Shown: positions 25,463-38,302, numbered from the stretch's first letter. The stretch is 64,000 nucleotides of DNA from Clarias gariepinus (GCF_024256425.1 NC_071115.1:12462746-12526745), one strand, 5' to 3'. A program made the numbers and translations. Notes: a model not told the origin generated them from the letters alone.

Positions 25463-27687
25463 TAATCCATGGCACGGGGGCATTTTAGCGCATAACACGT
25501 GTTACAAAAAAAATTGAGCTCCATTTTTGAAATTTAGTCAACCAATTAAAGGGGTTGTGATCAGTGTTTCTACTGTCGATGCATATCGCCTTTTAAGCCA
25601 ACGCACGAACGCGCAATAATCCTAGACAACTCAATCCAGATATACTAATCATCAACAACAGGTGTGCTCAAAGAACCAACTTATCCGGATAGTAATTAGC
25701 ACGATGATCTCATCTTAGATGTGTTAATTTATCTTGGATTTGTCAAGCGACATACGAAGAACGGACCCCTGGTCCTTGAGGACACCTTGCCTTGCACATA
25801 ATAAACAATAATAAACTTAAGTGGGTGTACTAGATTAGAGAAAACACTAAAATGTGCAGGAAAGGGGGCCTACAGGGCCAGGGTTTGGAAGCACTAATCA
25901 AGGGTACTTGATGGTTTTGTGAGTCTGCTGGTGCCTCTTGAGGTCCTCCAGATAGGAAGAAGCATCTAGATCACATGGGGCAATGGAGTATACTCTCACT
26001 TGAGCATAAAGAGATGCTGTTTGCAATCTACACTCTTTGTCTTTCTACAATCTATGTATAGACTCTCTATATTAAAAATTTTAGTGGATCAACAAATCAT
26101 GTGCATCTCTAACCCTTAGAGGGCTTCCAGCATGGTCATTTATACACCCTGCTTTCTTCCTCTTACACCTTCTTTCTGTTGTATTTTGTCAGCCTTGCTA
26201 AGGGAACCACTCAAGAAATGATGTGTGCTGACATTCATATCACACACCCTTTCTTATTTGTATCAAATGGTTTCGAGTGATTGACACATGGAACGTCTGA
26301 TTAAAAAAATGAACTGTCTGTATTGAAAAAGTACACAATCTACAAAACCAGATGTAGTATTTTCATTGTTTCCTTGGTTCATATTTACAGTGTACACTGG
26401 TAACATCGGTGATAAAGTTTCATGTATGGTACATGCTGTAAGCAGCTACAGTAATACACAATGTTCTCAAAATCCTGTAAATAGAAATGTGTTGCTTTCT
26501 AACTTATAAGCAACAGGTCAAAAAAAGTACTGATACAGACAAAAGTTTTCAGACATAAAAGCAATGGAGGCAACAACTGTTCAGTAAACACTAGGCCAAC
26601 TAGTAGGCGAAATTAAATAATAAAAAATAATAATAAAAAAAAAAAACCTCTCCCAACTGTCTTCTATTTCTGTTTACTTAATTCTCTGCTGTGGCACTGT
26701 AAACTGTTTATTTAATTATGAATTAATCATAATTAAATGAACAGTTTTTGTTCATTTGTACTTGCAAAATGACATTTCTTATTTCCTGTTTGTCAAATGC
26801 ACAAGAAAAGAACAGGAATGATTCCGGAACTGCAAAACTCAATCACATTCACCCGCTGTCCTGTTAACTTTTGTGACACTTAAAATTATGCACAGCAACA
26901 AGCACCTTGATGAGAAAGTGAAATGAACATTTTCCCGTCAGTGTTTTGTAATGATCAAAATATTAGCTTAAGCAATGTTAAAAAAACGGGAAAATAATAC
27001 GTTTCCATTTATAAAAGAAACTACTTTACACAATACACAATATGTAGTAAGATAACGTTCCTAATCTCATACCATTCTATGCTGCAAATGCTTCTTGAGG
27101 CACCATTTCTGAGATAAAGTGTATGATAGCTCTCTGGAGTTCGGTAAATTAATCAGCGTAGAACTTGCTGAAACTTCCTGTGTCTGAAACAGAAGAAGTT
27201 AGACTGCGTTTTAATGTGATAACAATAAAAATGATCAAAGACATTAGAAACCTGGGGGTGACTGAAAGAATTATATACTGTACCAGTGATCTGAAATGCC
27301 TCATACAGATATGTCCAATTTCTTGATATAACCTTATCTTACAGCTAGCACTATGTACAGTATAACATTATAGCTGCACACTGGATATTGTTTTCTTCTA
27401 AATACCACCTCATTCAGTAAAAAAAGTTTGCACCTATCCAGTACTTTAGGTGTTTTTGTGAACATAAGTAGGTTTAAGAGCCTATACAAGTAAAGTGTGT
27501 GTGTATATTTTTCTTACCCCTTTCTGTCATTACAGGTGTTTCATCAGCGTTGCTGGAAAGCTCAGAAGTAGCCGTAGTGCTGTGGTCCAATTGCTGCATG
27601 CAAAACATTACTTTAAAGTGATAGAAATGGTACATTTTCCCAGCATATTGCAATAATTAATACATTAATGAAATAATTAGGTGAAAC

Positions 27688-27776
27688 CTGTAGATGGAGT
27701 TTGTTCTCCACTGGGTTCTCTTCACGTTTTGTGTGCCTTCTTGATGGATCCTTAAATTCGCTTGACTGTGTCTCTC
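27688..27776 (-). CDS. Locus B finger-region exon 3 (acceptor ttcttcag|GA, donor CTACAG|GTTTCA). Paralog of 13841-13938.
   Basis: Splice sites read directly; the peptide ETQSSEFKDPSRRHTKREENPVENKLHLQ is collinear with locus A. Confidence 0.5.
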
Positions 27777-27847
27777 CTGAAGAACAAAACAAACCCTGTG
27801 AAACCCCGTAAAACTAGTTCATGAACGTATCAGGACCTTGGACTCAC

Positions 27848-27931
27848 CATGGCGCCTCATTCTGTGATTTCGATAGCGATATTTCTGAATGAAGCCTACA
27901 TTACACTCGCTGCACCAGTAAGGCCTTTCAT
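27848..27931 (-). CDS. Locus B C2H2 finger exon, (D)ERPYWCSECNVGFIQKYRYRNHRMRRH(G). It is 84 nt with phase 1 at both ends.
   Basis: Acceptor ttttgtag|AT at 27932 and donor CATG|GTGAGT at 27847. Confidence 0.65.
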
Positions 27932-28026
27932 CTACAAAAGCAAAACAAAACTGGTACTAAGCACACATTATAAATTAACAACGGCATGTTTTAAGGGGAA
28001 TAAATATTTAAATTCCGGTAACTGAC

Positions 28027-28190
28027 CTGTGTGAGTGTATTCATGTCTGCGAAGGTGATAGGGACTGCAAAAGGTAGCACCGCAATGCTGACAAATGTGC
28101 TGGTTTGAGCTCTGTGATACACTCTGTGCTTCATCCGAAGGGTTGTCCTTTATCTTTATTGGCTTTGTATGGAAACAGACACAAATTACA
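28027..28190 (-). CDS. Locus B exon encoding ...PVICVCFHTKPIKIKDNPSDEAQSVSQSSNQHICQHCGATFCSPYHLRRHEYTHTG. The donor ACAG|GTCAGT is in phase 1. The 5' boundary is approximate.
   Basis: Within track ORF 27968..28201. Paralog of 14232-14397. Confidence 0.5.
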
Positions 28191-28590
28191 GGTAAGCTCA
28201 ATGTAGTCCTAACAACCGCCCTTGGTCCTGTTTCTATTTTTATTTTTTATTTTTTCACATCATAAAAAAATCCAGTTGTTTCCCAACCAGTGATATACTA
28301 AGTAGTATACTTTGTCTAGTGTAAGAAAAAAGCCCGGTTTGACTAAACACCCCTTGTAGAAACAAATTTATAATATTGGGTTACAATTAATATTACTGAA
28401 GTAAATTAATACATTTAATGAGACGAGGCTGTGGCATGACACTTAAAATGTGCACACAGGTGCCTTATGAGCTGAAACTCTGTAAAGACTAATTATATAA
28501 CCAGTTGTTACTACTGCTGATTTCTTTCACTGTGAGTACACACTCCACACACTTTTAAGATTTCAAGTAAAAAGTTAAAACATAGTTTAC

Positions 28591-29277
28591 CCGAGCTCGA
28601 ATACGAGAGCTCCTCCTCCTACATGTATTCCCTAGCACATGTTCTTTCCGGCCGCTTTGATCAGCGACAGCCGTCTTGTCCTCGCTCTTGATGGTTTCAC
28701 TCTGATCATTGGCTGAAAAACTGCAGGTAGTGCTTTCGGGCTCATGATCGATTCCGACCAAGCTAGTGTCTGGAGTCAGATCAGTTTGCGATTCAAGATC
28801 AGCAAGCATTTTTTCACCAACCAACCCCATTTCTTCTGTGTCTGAAACATCAGTGCTAACAGATTCAACATTTGTTTTTTCCCATTTGGAAGTACATCTA
28901 TTCGAATGAGCAGATCTTGCTTGATTAGCTGGTAGAAGCTCTTCACTTGAAGGAATACACATATCCACATCTTTGTGCAAAAGGTTTCCCTTGGTCTGAA
29001 GCAGATCCAGCAGCTGTTTCCTTTCCTTCGACTTCTTGTCATAACTAAGAGCCTTGGCCACCTCTGGTTCTTTAGCATGTGCCGATAGAAGATGCCGTTT
29101 CATTTGGAGGGATGATTTCCTACAATATAAGCAGTAATGTCTTTTCTTCAGCTTTAATTTGGATTTTCCTTTCCTGGTTTTTAAACTCTTCCAGACATCA
29201 GCTATTTGTAAACCGCACTTCATCTCAGGAGCTTGGGAAGAAACCGGTGATGAATTTTTTCCTTCGGGTGATGTCTG
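28591..29277 (-). CDS. Locus B large exon, 229 aa. Contains CLYCRKSSLQMKRHLLSAH and AKEPEVAKALSYDKKSKERKQLLDLLQTKGNLLHKD and ends RRRSSRIRAR|GTAAAC.
   Basis: Acceptor ccccatag|CAG at 29278 and donor CGG|GTAAAC at 28590. About 93% nucleotide identity to 19381-19590 over ~200 bp. Confidence 0.6.
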
Positions 29278-29639
29278 CTATGGGGAAATGTATAAGGTTT
29301 AGTTGAAATAGCAGGAAAAGAAGATCTGCAGTCTCCAACAATTTCGGGTACACATGAACAGGTAAGTTTTATTTACATTAATGTCTGCAGAGATTCAGCA
29401 GTTTTTCAGTTAAGACTGAAAAACAGCTATTTATTTTAGTGCTCTAAAATAAAATGCATTTAAAAAAACTTAAATTAAAAGTGGTCATAATTTAGTACTC
29501 TCTCTTTAAATTCTATGTATTTTTGTCATAGCGAGTCTTAGTTTTTAGCAAGAGCTTCATCTCAGACCCTACAGGCATTAATGGGCATGTTAGATGTTAA
29601 AGTGTTTGACAAAACAATTAAAAGAAGACTGAACAAGTA

Positions 29640-29900
29640 CAGTTTGTTTGGACGGGCTGCCAGGAGAAATACTTTTCTGTCTAAAAAAAAAACCTGGAAG
29701 CATGACTGAGGTTCACAAAATTGTATCTGAACACACCAGAAGGCTTCTGGAACAATGTCCTATGGACAGATGAGACCAAAGTGGAGTTCTATGTTTGGGG
29801 AAACCAAACTGTACTTCAGCAGAAACACCTGATACCCACTGTCAAGCATAGGGATAAAAGGGTGATGATATGGGATTGGTTTTGCAGCCATAGATAAAGT
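29640..29900 (+). mobile_element. Tc1 transposase fragment
   Basis: Translation gives [13 protein letters not shown]...PTVKHRDKRVMIWDWFCS, which matches the conserved Tc1 core block. Confidence 0.6.
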
Positions 29901-30289
29901 CATACAGGAAAACCGATAAAGTCATAAAGGAAACAATTACTTCACGTTATCGCTGCTGAAGGTGGATCTACAAACTATTGAATCTTTTTGGCTTAATTTT
30001 TAAATAAATAACGGTATAATAAAAAAAGTTATATGTTATATTGTATACTAAGACCTGCTATGATCAGATAAATTTTATTATGGTTTATACAAAAACACAT
30101 AGAATGAAATGAGAGGTACTGACTTTCGAACATGACCATATCATATATTCATTATAAGTAAAGTGAAACATTTCAACATTATAGCTCATGAAAATCATAA
30201 AATCCCACCTGTCAAAATATTTGAATATTTCATTTCCAGATTTAGTTAATTGCTATTCATACAGTATAAAGTAATAAGTAATCTAGTTC

Positions 30290-31000
30290 AGTACTCGAAC
30301 AGGTAAGAGTGTGGGGGCAGGGGGGATTGGGGGGGTGGTGCACAAGCAAAAGGCATGACTGTGGCCTTAAGAAGATTGTCAAGGATAAGGAGTCAAGCTG
30401 ATTCAAGAACTTTACAAATGGTGCACTGAGACTGGAGTGAATCCGGAGTGACCACACACAGACATCTTCAGGACTACAACTGTTGCACTCCAAGTATCAA
30501 GCCATTTCTGAACCAGAAACAATGTCAGAAGTGTCTTACATAAGCTAAGATGAAAAAGTGGAATGCTGCACATTGGTTTAAAGTCCCCTTTTTTATTTAG
30601 ATGAAGGTAAATTTTGTATTTCATTTGGAATGCAAGGTCCAAAAGTCCAGAGGTGGTGTGGAGAGGCACAGAATCGTAGTTTCAGTCACAGTTGGTATTG
30701 ATTTGGGGTGCCATGCCATCTGCTAATGTCGGGCCTGTCTTTTATTAATTCCACAGTGAATGCAGCTGTCTCTACCAGAAGATTTTAGAGCATGTCATGC
30801 TTTTGTCGCTGACAAGCGTTATGGCAATACCAACTTCCTTTTCCAACAGGACCTGCCCACAGTGCCAAAACTTCCACTAAACTGGTTTGACCATGATATT
30901 ACTGTGCTTGATTGGCCTGTACCACATAAAGCATCTGCATGGTAAAGTCAAAAGGAAGATGAGCAACACCTGACCCAATAAAACAGACAAGCTGAAGGCT
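30290..31000 (+). mobile_element. Tc1/mariner transposase remnant, including the second-D/E region FQQDLPTVPKLPLNWFDHDITVLDWP.
   Basis: Plus-frame ORF 30760..30945 and upstream fragments. Confidence 0.55.
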
Positions 31001-31134
31001 GCTATTAAAGCAATCTGTTCGACAATGCCTTAGCTAAATGAGCCCTAATAAATTAACATAATTCTTTGGACTTTTTGCACTGTAAATTTGTCTTGACCGA
31101 ACTTTGGAAATACTCCAATATTTCCAAAATTTTT

Positions 31135-31575
31135 CTTCCTATGTGCTATTTAAGTGCTATCAGATTTAGACAGTATAATTTCAAAATATTCTTTTCTGAC
31201 TGTGTGAAACTATACAAAAAATGCTCAAAAGAGCGATTCAATCGTCAATGGTCATTCTGGGCTAAACTGGCTTTTTGATTTTCATGAGCCGTTAGCCACA
31301 ACCATCAGAATTAAAACAAAAAAGGCCTTAAATACATGTAATGAATCTCTATAATATAACCCTAGTTTTACATTTTAAATTAAATTACAGAAGACACATT
31401 TTTATTTATTGAGATGCACGGTATGCACATAATTTTGCTTCCAAGGTGCTATTTTTGAGCTATCAGATTTAGACAGTATAATTGCATAACATCAAAATAT
31501 TTTTTTCCTGACTGTATAAAACTATTTTTAAAAAATGCTCAAAATAGCAATTCAAATGGTCATTCGGGGCAAAAT
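31135..31575. repeat. Two ~140-bp direct repeats (31135-31272 and 31438-31575) separated by ~165 bp. They may be the DR-containing 3' end of the adjacent Tc1-like remnant.
   Basis: cttcc(t/a)a(t/g)gtgctattt...gctatcagatttagacagtataatt...aaatgctcaaaa(g/t)agc(g/a)attcaa...gtcattc(t/g)ggg occurs twice. Confidence 0.6.
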
Positions 31576-33564
31576 AAACTTTATGGCCCTTTTTAGAAAT
31601 TAAGACGAGTCTCCTGAACGTGTACAAGCAAAAGAGCGTGAGAAAAATACAGTACCATGAAAAAGTCTCAAGACACCACTCATTTTGACATAGATTAAAA
31701 GTATGTAGATTAAATTAGAGAAATAGGATCAAATTTTATACAGGAACTGGCTACAAAGTGCCTAACGATACAATTTAAAAACTGGTAACAACCTAAGCAG
31801 CAACCTCATTTCTCCTCTCGTTAGTTCAAACTTAGCATTCACCTTCACCCGTATAATTATTACTGGCCAGATCATCTGTCATCATTTGCAACTGTTTGTC
31901 ACTGGTTTATGCCTTAATTTTTTATTTATTTTTTTTAAAGCGTGAATGATTCATAGGTCACTGTGTGGCTTAACAAACAAAACCATTCCTGTTCCTCAAG
32001 ACTACATTAAACAATACATGAAACTCTGGTTCTTTAGTATGAAGAAATCAGGGGTGGCTCCAGACTTCTGCACAGTACTATACATTCCTTTCCTTTTGTT
32101 CTCCTATTTCAGGATTATTCAAGGTTGTTTTTTCTTATTTAAAAAAAAAGAGAGATATTTTTTCCCTATTGTGATAAAATATATGAGCAAATCCCCTCCC
32201 CAGTTTGTTGCACAACTCTGTTCTCTGTGGAACATAGCTCAACTGTAGGGCATTTACATAAGACACTCAGATGGAATATTTAGACATGAATTAAAATAAC
32301 GCGGGTTTAAGGCATGATAAAATGCATCTTCTGAGGGGTATTTCAGCAGAAGCATTGACACATGCACACTTTGGGAGATCTTTGACCTTTGATTGGCCTT
32401 TAATATTATAAACAAATGATGATGCAGCTGCTGCATACCCTTAAAACAAAGTCTACCCCTAAATTGTATCGAATAAATACAGTCTGTAGAGAAAATAACT
32501 GATTCAATCCCAATTAATTCATTATCAGCCTGTAAGGTGTCATTTTAACTGATAATTGAGCTTTAAAGTCAACAACAGTGTGGGTTAAAAGCATGTTAAA
32601 AAAACTAACAGTTAAACAAGGTTGTGTAACAATAAAAGCATATGATCCGGAGAGATCGGTCACTGTGCATCAGTTTTAGTAATGGCAAAGGCTCTACATA
32701 AAAAAGTGCTTTCATTTGACCAGCATGCTTTAATAAGTTATTCTTGGCTTGCAATAGACTAGTGTTTCCCAAATTTTGTTCTTTGAAGCCCTCTGCTTGC
32801 ATTCAAGAAATGTTGCACCCCCTTCCAGCCAACAAACCAACCCACCCCATCCTAGCCAAGCTTATGTACACAAACAACAAAAATCTATATTTTTAAATAG
32901 TTTTCTATGCAGAAATTTAATACATTTAATATTTAAAATGTTTCTTATTTAGCATGTTTAACATAGCCTCAGAGCAGACAAAGGCTTGTGCACGCCCTAT
33001 GATTTTTGGTACCCTTCTGAGGAGGGCATGGATGCCAGGTTGGGAACCATATCAATAGACTACCATGTGTGGCTTCTGCATGCTTGGATTAAAAGCCTGC
33101 ACCAGCCCTTCTTGGATAAGATTTTATACCCCTGTTCAGATTTATGTGTTCTGCAGATTAGGACCTCTGGTGCTCAAACAGGGTAATTGCATTAGATATG
33201 TAATTGATAAAATGCTGATTTCAAAGGTATAAACTGCACATTTTACCAATGCAAATCATAACATTTTTGCTTTGACACGATGACACGATGCATCTTTACA
33301 CCCCTAACTGCCACACTTCACTTCATGTTTTAAGATTCTTTTTGTATCATCATGAACAAAGACCAATTGTGCATTAGAACCCCCTAGCCATTGAAAGTCT
33401 ATGAAAGCTTTTTCCACTCTTACATTATCGAGTACCTTTGGATTACCCCAAAAACCCTGGCACGGTACCACCCATACGAAATCCCTTAAAATAATACAAC
33501 GGAGTACACGATTAAACCTTATTTATTCAAGATACATAATAAACAATGAACACACTAAGTGTAC

Positions 33565-35202
33565 CTGTAAGGGGTCACTTTGTCGTCTTCTCTTTGTGTC
33601 CCTGCTTCGACTCTCCCCTCTCCTCTTTAATGCTGTTTTGTAATTTAAGTCAAGAGGTTTCATTTTGCTGTTTTGACCAGTAGTACATTTACCACCCTCT
33701 TCTGTATCATCTCTGACATGACCTTCACATTCAAACTGCTTTTCTGCTGCACTGGATCTTTCTGCATCGGTTGTAACGAACTCATTTGCAGTTAGATAAC
33801 AGCTTGACTCTATGTCAGGGGCTCTATGTTCACCATTTCCAAAAACTTGACTGAAGACATTTTCTGTTTCTGGATTAGCACTTTCCTGTGCATCACTGGT
33901 CAAAACGTTTGCAACTAGACATTTCGTTGACTCTAAATGAGGATTACTTTTGGCAGTCCCCTCTGATACAAGCTCTGGCATCACTGAGGCAGTCTGCTCT
34001 GGTTCTGAATTAAAGCTAAGACTTTGCTCAAAGTCCACACTTATACTTGTTGATGTGTTAGTCCAGTCTGATTTAAGATTAGTTGATGGTTGTGAATTAC
34101 TGCTGCCAGTATGTATAGGGCTCAATGATTCTTGAGGAGCAACATGTTTTTTTCTGCAATCTAATGTAGAAGAACTCTGGCAATCTTGATTAGTCTTTAG
34201 TTGTAGATTGTGGCTCCCAATGTCTGGACTGCAAGTTTTCAAATTAAAAATCTCCAAATCTTTTTCTACAATGGCTTTTGTTCTAATAAGGGGAAATGTA
34301 AAATTTTGATTTTCAACAAGAACTTCCTGTACTGTGCTGGGGCAAGACTCCTGCCCTGGAGTGTCAGTATACTCTATTGCGCTGTCAAAAGATTCTATAG
34401 TGAGTGGTCCAGAAGATTCAAGATTCATCATTGCCGAGCTGTTCCCAGTGAATAAAATGGACCCTTGATCAGGGATCGGGTTTACCTCAGCACTGAGAGT
34501 GCCTGAAACAGCAGAAAGTGAATATAAATAGTGTGTAGTGTGGTATTGAGCTTTAGGTGAAGGAAGATTCTCAGACTCTGGAATGACTTGTTGGACAGAA
34601 CCGTGGAAGGTATCTTTGACAAGATTCCCAGATTCTGGATTGGAGGTTTTCTGCACTAAACTTTGCCTTGATCTTGGGCTAATGTTGGGAAGATCTGTAC
34701 TGCTCCCAGGTTCAGGCAGAACAGACACTTTTAATTGTTTCTGCTTACATATTAGAGCATGTTTCCAAAACTGCTTTCTTTGATAATATCCCTGGCAAAA
34801 AATACAATGGACGAGGTCGTCGTCTTTTTTGTTCCTAGGAGTGTAATCGTTTTTCAGTTTTTTGTTACTGCAAAGAAGGATCAAACGCCTCTTCCTTTCT
34901 TCTAAAGTATTGCTAAAATGCAAAGCTTCCATAACTTTAGGTTCCTTCGGGTGATCATGCATGAGATGCAGTTCGATTTTTTCACAAGCTTTCCCACAAT
35001 AACAACAGTGCAGAGTTCTTGTACCTTTCTTTGATTTTCTGTCAACAGTCTTTAAGTCTGCTCTGGAACGTCGACTAGTTGCACTGTGTGTGTCTGGGCA
35101 ACATCCTGATAACCTTTCTGTACTGACATTAATCAGTGTCGAGTCGCTTTTTCCTGAGATTTCAGAGTTGTCTGTTGAATCCACACTACCTACTTCTGAT
35201 GT
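33565..35202 (-). CDS. Gene C large exon d, ~546 aa. It is serine/threonine-rich, carries CCYCGKACEKIELHLMHDH and CIFCQGYYQRKQFWKHALICKQ (the same paired-motif architecture as loci A and B), and ends RRRQSDPLQ|GTACAC.
   Basis: Within track ORF 33523..35262. The donor is at 33564. The acceptor is uncertain: either AAG at 35203 or CAG at 35196 with a different phase. Confidence 0.5.
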
Positions 35203-35441
35203 CTTCAGAAAGGGAAGGTTTAAAAGAATACAACAACAACAAAAAAAAAATGTATGGATCAATATTCTTTCTAATTAAATATATACAAGGCTCAAGATAT
35301 ATTACTTAAAAGAGTTATGACAAATTAAGCCCAGGTCACTGTTACAATTGTCATCCTATATGACCACATATTGAACAATGACAACTATTTTAAAATTTTG
35401 CTAGTTTTTGTAGCACTCTTTCCTTTGTCAGAGTCGCATAC

Positions 35442-36794
35442 CTGAACTTGGACAACTGGTTGTTTAAGCTTAATTTCATTATTCTTGACCCTCTTCTTTA
35501 CTGTCTTGTAGGCGTTTGACTTCTGGTGGGTCCCCGCAGACAAAGAGTGCACCTTCACGTGCTGTGTTAAGGAGGCCTCACTGGCAAACGTTAAACCACA
35601 TGCCAAACATGTGAACCACTTCTTCTGCCCTGAGGAACTTGGTTCATCTGTTTGTTGCACAGAAGTAGCTGCCATGTCATCTTGGTTAACCAGGGTCCCA
35701 TCAAGGGCAGTTTGTTCACCGGTCTTTCCTAACATAAACGTTATATCGGAGTCAGAGTCACTAGGTTTATAAGAGGAGCTAGGGACGGATCCGGCATCAC
35801 CCATCCCTTCATGTACTGGTGGAGATATTTTCAAGGTTTGCTTTCTTTTCTTTTCATCTGGGTTAATGGACACATTTGCCCATTCATCATCATCACTAAC
35901 ATCCGAGAGGACCATATATCCCGACTCGGTATGAGATACTTGGCATATGGTACTTGATTCAGTGGGGACAATTTCTGGAACTGTTTTCAGTGCTAGGTCA
36001 GTGGAATGGGGTGGAATATTTTTAGCTTTCACAATATCAAGAAACCTTGAATTCCCTTGAGTAGGAACTTGGCCTCCTGACTGTTGAGATTCTAGATCAG
36101 TTTCCAGATGTTCTGGGTCATGTTGCACCTTGTGCTGCTTTACATCAAACAAAGAACACTCTTTGCTTTCTACGTGACTCTCCTTTTGGCACATTTCAGA
36201 CTTCCTGTGTTTTGGAGAGTCAGAGGACTGCTGGTCCTGTATACTGACAAGCAACTTTTCAGAGCAGTTGTTATTTTCATGATATTTATAAACTGAACCT
36301 ATTTTAACCCCAAGATCTGGAGGATGATCTGTCTCAGCTAATGTGTTTTGGCTGGCACAAGGTTCCGAGTTTTCAAGTAACTTTTGAGGAAGATGACTCT
36401 TCACCTCCCCGCCTGTAGCAGCATAATTCATTTCTAACCCAAGCATCTCAATGTCACTATTTTCCACAACTACTGCTTTACAGTCACCCTTTTCAGATGA
36501 TGCAGAGTGGCTGGACTCAGCTACAACTGGATCTAGAACAATTCTAGGCTGCAAACTGAAATTACTGTCTGATTTTGAATCGGTTCTTGTAACAGTTGTG
36601 CTGTGGATGGTAGCAGCAGCAGATGACTGCAGAGGAAGGAGGCTGAATTTTCTGCCAGTGCAAACTGATTGAGGCGGAACGGTTTCCATAGGCTCTGTAG
36701 TGCTTGCATGGTCTTGCGACACGGCAGAAGTCTGACTCCTAGTCACTTCGTTTTCTCCATCCTTCCCCTTTGCATCATTGCCTTCTACTGCAGG
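35442..36794 (-). CDS. Gene C large exon c, 451 aa. It is low-complexity and acidic, with one C2H2 finger near the C-terminus (FTCLACGLTFASEASLTQHVKVH).
   Basis: Acceptor tttcctccctgcag|CCT at 36795 and donor GTTCAG|GTATGC at 35441. Within track ORF 35385..36851. Confidence 0.6.
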
Positions 36795-37153
36795 CTGCAG
36801 GGAGGAAAGTCGGCAATTAGTAATTCTCAATGAGAGGAGACTATTAGCCACATACCACCTTAGAATAGGACTAAAGTGGTATTTAGTTTATTATGTGTAA
36901 TAAAAAAAAAAAAAAGAAAAAAAAGACAAGGAAAGAACAAAGTGTCATATCAAGGTACATGTGCAGGAAAAAACAGTCCTTTATTGAGAACGTATATTTG
37001 CAAAATGTTTGCGTTATGACCCAAGATCCAAGAGTGACAATTTTATTTTAGCAAGTGTAGTCTTTGTTTCCTTGAAACAAAATTCTAGCATTTCATATGA
37101 TTTAGTTTATGAGGCTTGTTTTTTCAGCTACTCTAACCACAATTTAAATGACT

Positions 37154-37155
<2 letters not shown>

Positions 37156-37189
<34 letters not shown>
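37156..37189. repeat. (GT)n microsatellite
   Basis: gtgtgt... run of about 17 units. Confidence 0.95.
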
Positions 37190-37191
<2 letters not shown>

Positions 37192-37706
37192 CAAAGGCCT
37201 GCTATATTCTGGAACAAATACATTCCAACAAATAAATCCATGAAATCACTGCAATTAATATTTTTTTTTAAACAAACAAAAGCAGATTTTTTTTTTTCCA
37301 CTTCAAGAGCTCAACATTTTTTTGTACTGCAACAAGATCAAGAATAAATGAAAAAGCAAGAGTTTAAAAAGAGAGTCATCTACATCAAACTACTCGATAC
37401 AGCATCGCTGCGTGCAGGCATTCGCACTCTGGGTCCTAATGAGTCCTGTTAGTATTCTGTTACTTTTATAAAAAGAACTGTGGAAATGTATACTTCTAAA
37501 ACTGTAATTAAAATAATTTCCATTAACACTGCAATAAAATGAACAAGCCCATTTGTCTGGGAGTGCACACCTTCGACAAGTTAACAATTTATTTATTTAC
37601 AAAGGAAGGAGAAAAAGGAGAAAAAAAGAAAACAAAGTTTTGAATCAGGTCAGTCTGACATGCAGTCTTGTGTTGTCATCATGGGTTTCAGCATGTATTT
37701 TCCTAC

Positions 37707-37937
37707 CTCCTGTTTGTCTGTATCTGGCACTCTGGGTCTTGTCGGGTCACTGTAAAACTGTTCTTTACGTTGTCGGTAGGAGTACGGCTTCTCGCCTGAG
37801 TGGATCTGCATGTGCACCATTAGCCGCATTGCTCGTGGAAAGACTTTATCGCAAAAGGGACACGGAAACGATGCTTTACCACCCTCTTTTCCTTTCTGAC
37901 CTTTGGAATCCTCCGTAGATGAACCCTGTTGCGTTGT
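37707..37937 (-). CDS. Gene C exon b, TTQQGSSTEDSKGQKGKEGGKASFPCPFCDKVFPRAMRLMVHMQIHSGEKPYSYRQRKEQFYSD... It is a single C2H2 finger exon and a paralog of gene D exon 2.
   Basis: Strong acceptor tttcatccccccttccag|ACA at 37938 and donor CAGGAG|GTAGGA at 37706. Confidence 0.6.
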
Positions 37938-38023
37938 CTGGAAGGGGGGATGAAAGTTATGTTTGAACACACACACAAAAAAATCAAACAAATCATTTAA
38001 TGAATTATGGAAGAACCAAATAC

Positions 38024-38227
38024 CTGCCCATCACTTTTCAATGCATCGTCATTTGCTTTTTGGGGCAAGGCCAGCAGTGCTTTCCTGTGGCCAAGCATGT
38101 GCAAGCTTAACCAGTTTTTTCTAGCATAAACCTTGCCGCAGTCTTTGCAGACACATCGGCCACGAGTTGCACCGTCAGAATCTTTGCTTTTCTCTGCAGC
38201 TGTCTGGACATCAGAAGAGTTATCCAT
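38024..38227 (-). CDS. Gene C first coding exon, MDNSSDVQTAAEKSKDSDGATRGRCVCKDCGKVYARKNWLSLHMLGHRKALLALPQKANDDALKSDGQ (one C2H2 finger), with donor CAG|GTATTT.
   Basis: ATG at 38227-38225 and donor GT at 38023-38022. Within track ORF 37997..38302. Confidence 0.55.
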
Positions 38228-38300
38228 AGTCTTCAGCAGCTTAAAATAGTAGAAAGAAAAATTTTGATTAAATTTGATATTTGGATTAATTATAATTGGC

Positions 38301-38302
<2 letters not shown>

